Assembly (NCBI RefSeq): GCF_002571385.2
Contig: NW_019217844.1
Location: 647,274-711,273, forward strand
Source of the DNA: Stylophora pistillata
Lineage: Eukaryota
DNA length: 64,000 bases
Direction: 5' to 3'
This document shows, piece after piece, positions 62,501-64,000 of this stretch; the first letter of the stretch is position 1; each line of letters begins with the position of its first letter. Made by a program: the position numbers and the translations under genes. The notes below the pieces were generated by a model. The model was not told the DNA's origin, made no database searches, and saw nothing but the letters and a program-made list of their open reading frames with translations.

Positions 62501-63921
62501 TGTTAAGTTTGAACTTGAGGCAATGTTAAGTACATGAAGTCACTTGGCAAACTTCTTAGAGGAAAATCTAAGAGGCCATGAATCTAATCTACATTGTACA
62601 TGTACTTCTTTAGAGGTTCTGATGCATAACTAAAAAAATCTTTGTGGTAAAAACTTAACCCTATAATTCCAATAAGTGATCTTGAAAGAAAGTATTAAGC
62701 AAACAAGTGATGAGTAAATAAGAAAAATATCAACAAACCCTTGAACTCCCAGAAGTGATTAACAAGTAACTCCACTCTATGATATCCGTACATTATCCAG
62801 CAAACAGGTAATGAGAAATTATACTCAAACTAATCAGGTAGAAGTTGTTATCTAGATCTAACACCAAATTCTTGTAACTAATTTACAATGAAATGTGTTG
62901 CAGTTAGAGGGAAGAATTAACAAGCAGATATTGGGAGTTAAAGGGTTAAGGGGTTATTACTTGATCCAATACCAAATTCTCCCACCTAACATCATAAGAA
63001 TTATAATTTATGGCAGAAAGTGAGGAGAATTAATGATGAGATCTTGAAGTGAAAGGGTTAAGAAAAATACATCACATTCACAAGGCTAAACCAAAAACAA
63101 TACCTTAGTTCTTTTTTGTTTTGTTTTTGTTTTTGCTTTTGTTGGTGTATTACCTCAAGTAGACTTATCATAAAAGAAAGTGTTGCTTCACTCACTTGAA
63201 GTCCTAAGAATGGCTTTATTCCATTGTGGCTTGACTTATTAATTGTCTCAATTCCTGGCTGATCAATCCTATGAAAGCCCACAACAAATGTTAAATTATC
63301 AGCCTGCAGAGTTAGAGTACTTAATATACCGTTGGATTGCAATTTTCAGTAAGTGAATAATCTGTGTGAAGTATATCTTATAGCCTTGAAGTAGTTGTTT
63401 TCCTAAAACTGTATATGGTCTTAAACCAGGAGCCCAGGATTCACATTTGAACTTGGGAAAGAATTCCATATAACCCCATACATTAATTATGCATTCATTT
63501 CATAAAGACTAAATATAAAGGTTTCTTTGCAACACTGTATGCATAATTAATGTATGGGGTTATATGGAACTCTTGCCCTGATGTTTTATTAACTTCACCC
63601 CACTCTGGCCCCAAATTCATCTTGACAAACTGAGCTAAATGTAGCTGTCCTAATTTAGCATGGTTGTGCGCGCATTTAATTCATCACAGCCCTATAACAC
63701 ATGTAGGTTCGATTAGGCTTACCAACTACTCACATGGTTTCAAGAGATAAATGAAGAATGGATGGTAAATTTCCAATCGAGTCTAGAACATCCATGGTTA
63801 GGTGAGGTATTGCGCCTCCACGAGAGTAAAGTAAACAACAAGGAGTCTGGATATCCTGATTTTCTATGCTAAGAACACCGATTCTAGTTCTCTGAGGCTT
63901 TTTGCGCACGGAAAAATTCAT
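56557..63921 (-). CDS. QTRT2: Queuine tRNA-ribosyltransferase accessory subunit 2; 11 exons: 63921-63734, 63268-63196, 62463-62359, 61350-61180, 61051-60952, 60112-60048, 59772-59721, 58679-58631, 57884-57699, 57303-57178, 56665-56557 (407 aa)
   Basis: [113 protein letters not shown]; phases sum to an intact ORF. Confidence 0.93.
57885..58630 (-). other. U12-type (minor spliceosome) AT-AC intron in QTRT2
   Basis: 5' site |ATATCCTTTA; branch CCCTTAAT ~10 nt before the terminal AC; removal restores [18 protein letters not shown]. Confidence 0.9.
59020..59210 (-). mobile_element. Decayed Penelope-like pseudo-LTR remnant with a degenerate hammerhead
   Basis: Reverse strand CTCTGATGAAGGGCTAATGCTCTAACATCAGC...CAGTTTCTTTAGAAACC, homologous to 40295-40440. 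Confidence 0.65.
62656..63061. mobile_element. Nested TTAA-CCC type MITEs (inner ~62736-62949)
   Basis: Outer TTAACCC (62656)...GGGTTAA (63061); inner AACCCTTGAACTCCCAG...GGGAGTTAAAGGGTTAA. Confidence 0.7.
63455..63578. mobile_element. Short hairpin MITE, second copy
   Basis: CCATATAACCCCATACATTAATTATGCAT / ATGCATAATTAATGTATGGGGTTATATGG. Confidence 0.85.
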
Positions 63922-64000
63922 GTCCTTTGAGTGTGTTGTTCTTTTAGGTTTCTTGGGTTAGAAAGGAATACTACGTTGTATAATTCCTGTCTTGTACCCC

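Overview
Eukaryotic, intron-rich, AT-rich genomic DNA. It is most likely from a cnidarian, probably a stony coral (inferred from ShKT/CAP gene content and the repeat families). The housekeeping genes are WDR83/MORG1 (minus, 2833-6535), a procollagen galactosyltransferase COLGALT (plus, 45633-55295, two exons hidden in N gaps) and QTRT2 (minus, 56557-63921, with an AT-AC U12-type intron). Between WDR83 and COLGALT lies a ~34 kb block of five consecutive genes that all begin with signal-peptide exons: (1) an Ala/Pro/Thr-rich mucin-like protein with His-rich ends; (2) a 3xShKT protein; (3) a small CAP (SCP/TAPS) protein; (4) a ~1440-aa CAP-[disordered]-ShKT-[40-aa repeats]-CAP protein that the ORF track shows only as fragments; (5) a 1xShKT protein with a long disordered tail. 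All gene models were spliced by hand from GT-AG signals and phase consistency. Introns and spacers hold tRNA-derived SINEs, several MITE families, a pogo remnant, Penelope-like remnants with hammerhead motifs, and tandem/inverted repeats. No rRNA, bona fide tRNA or CRISPR array is seen.
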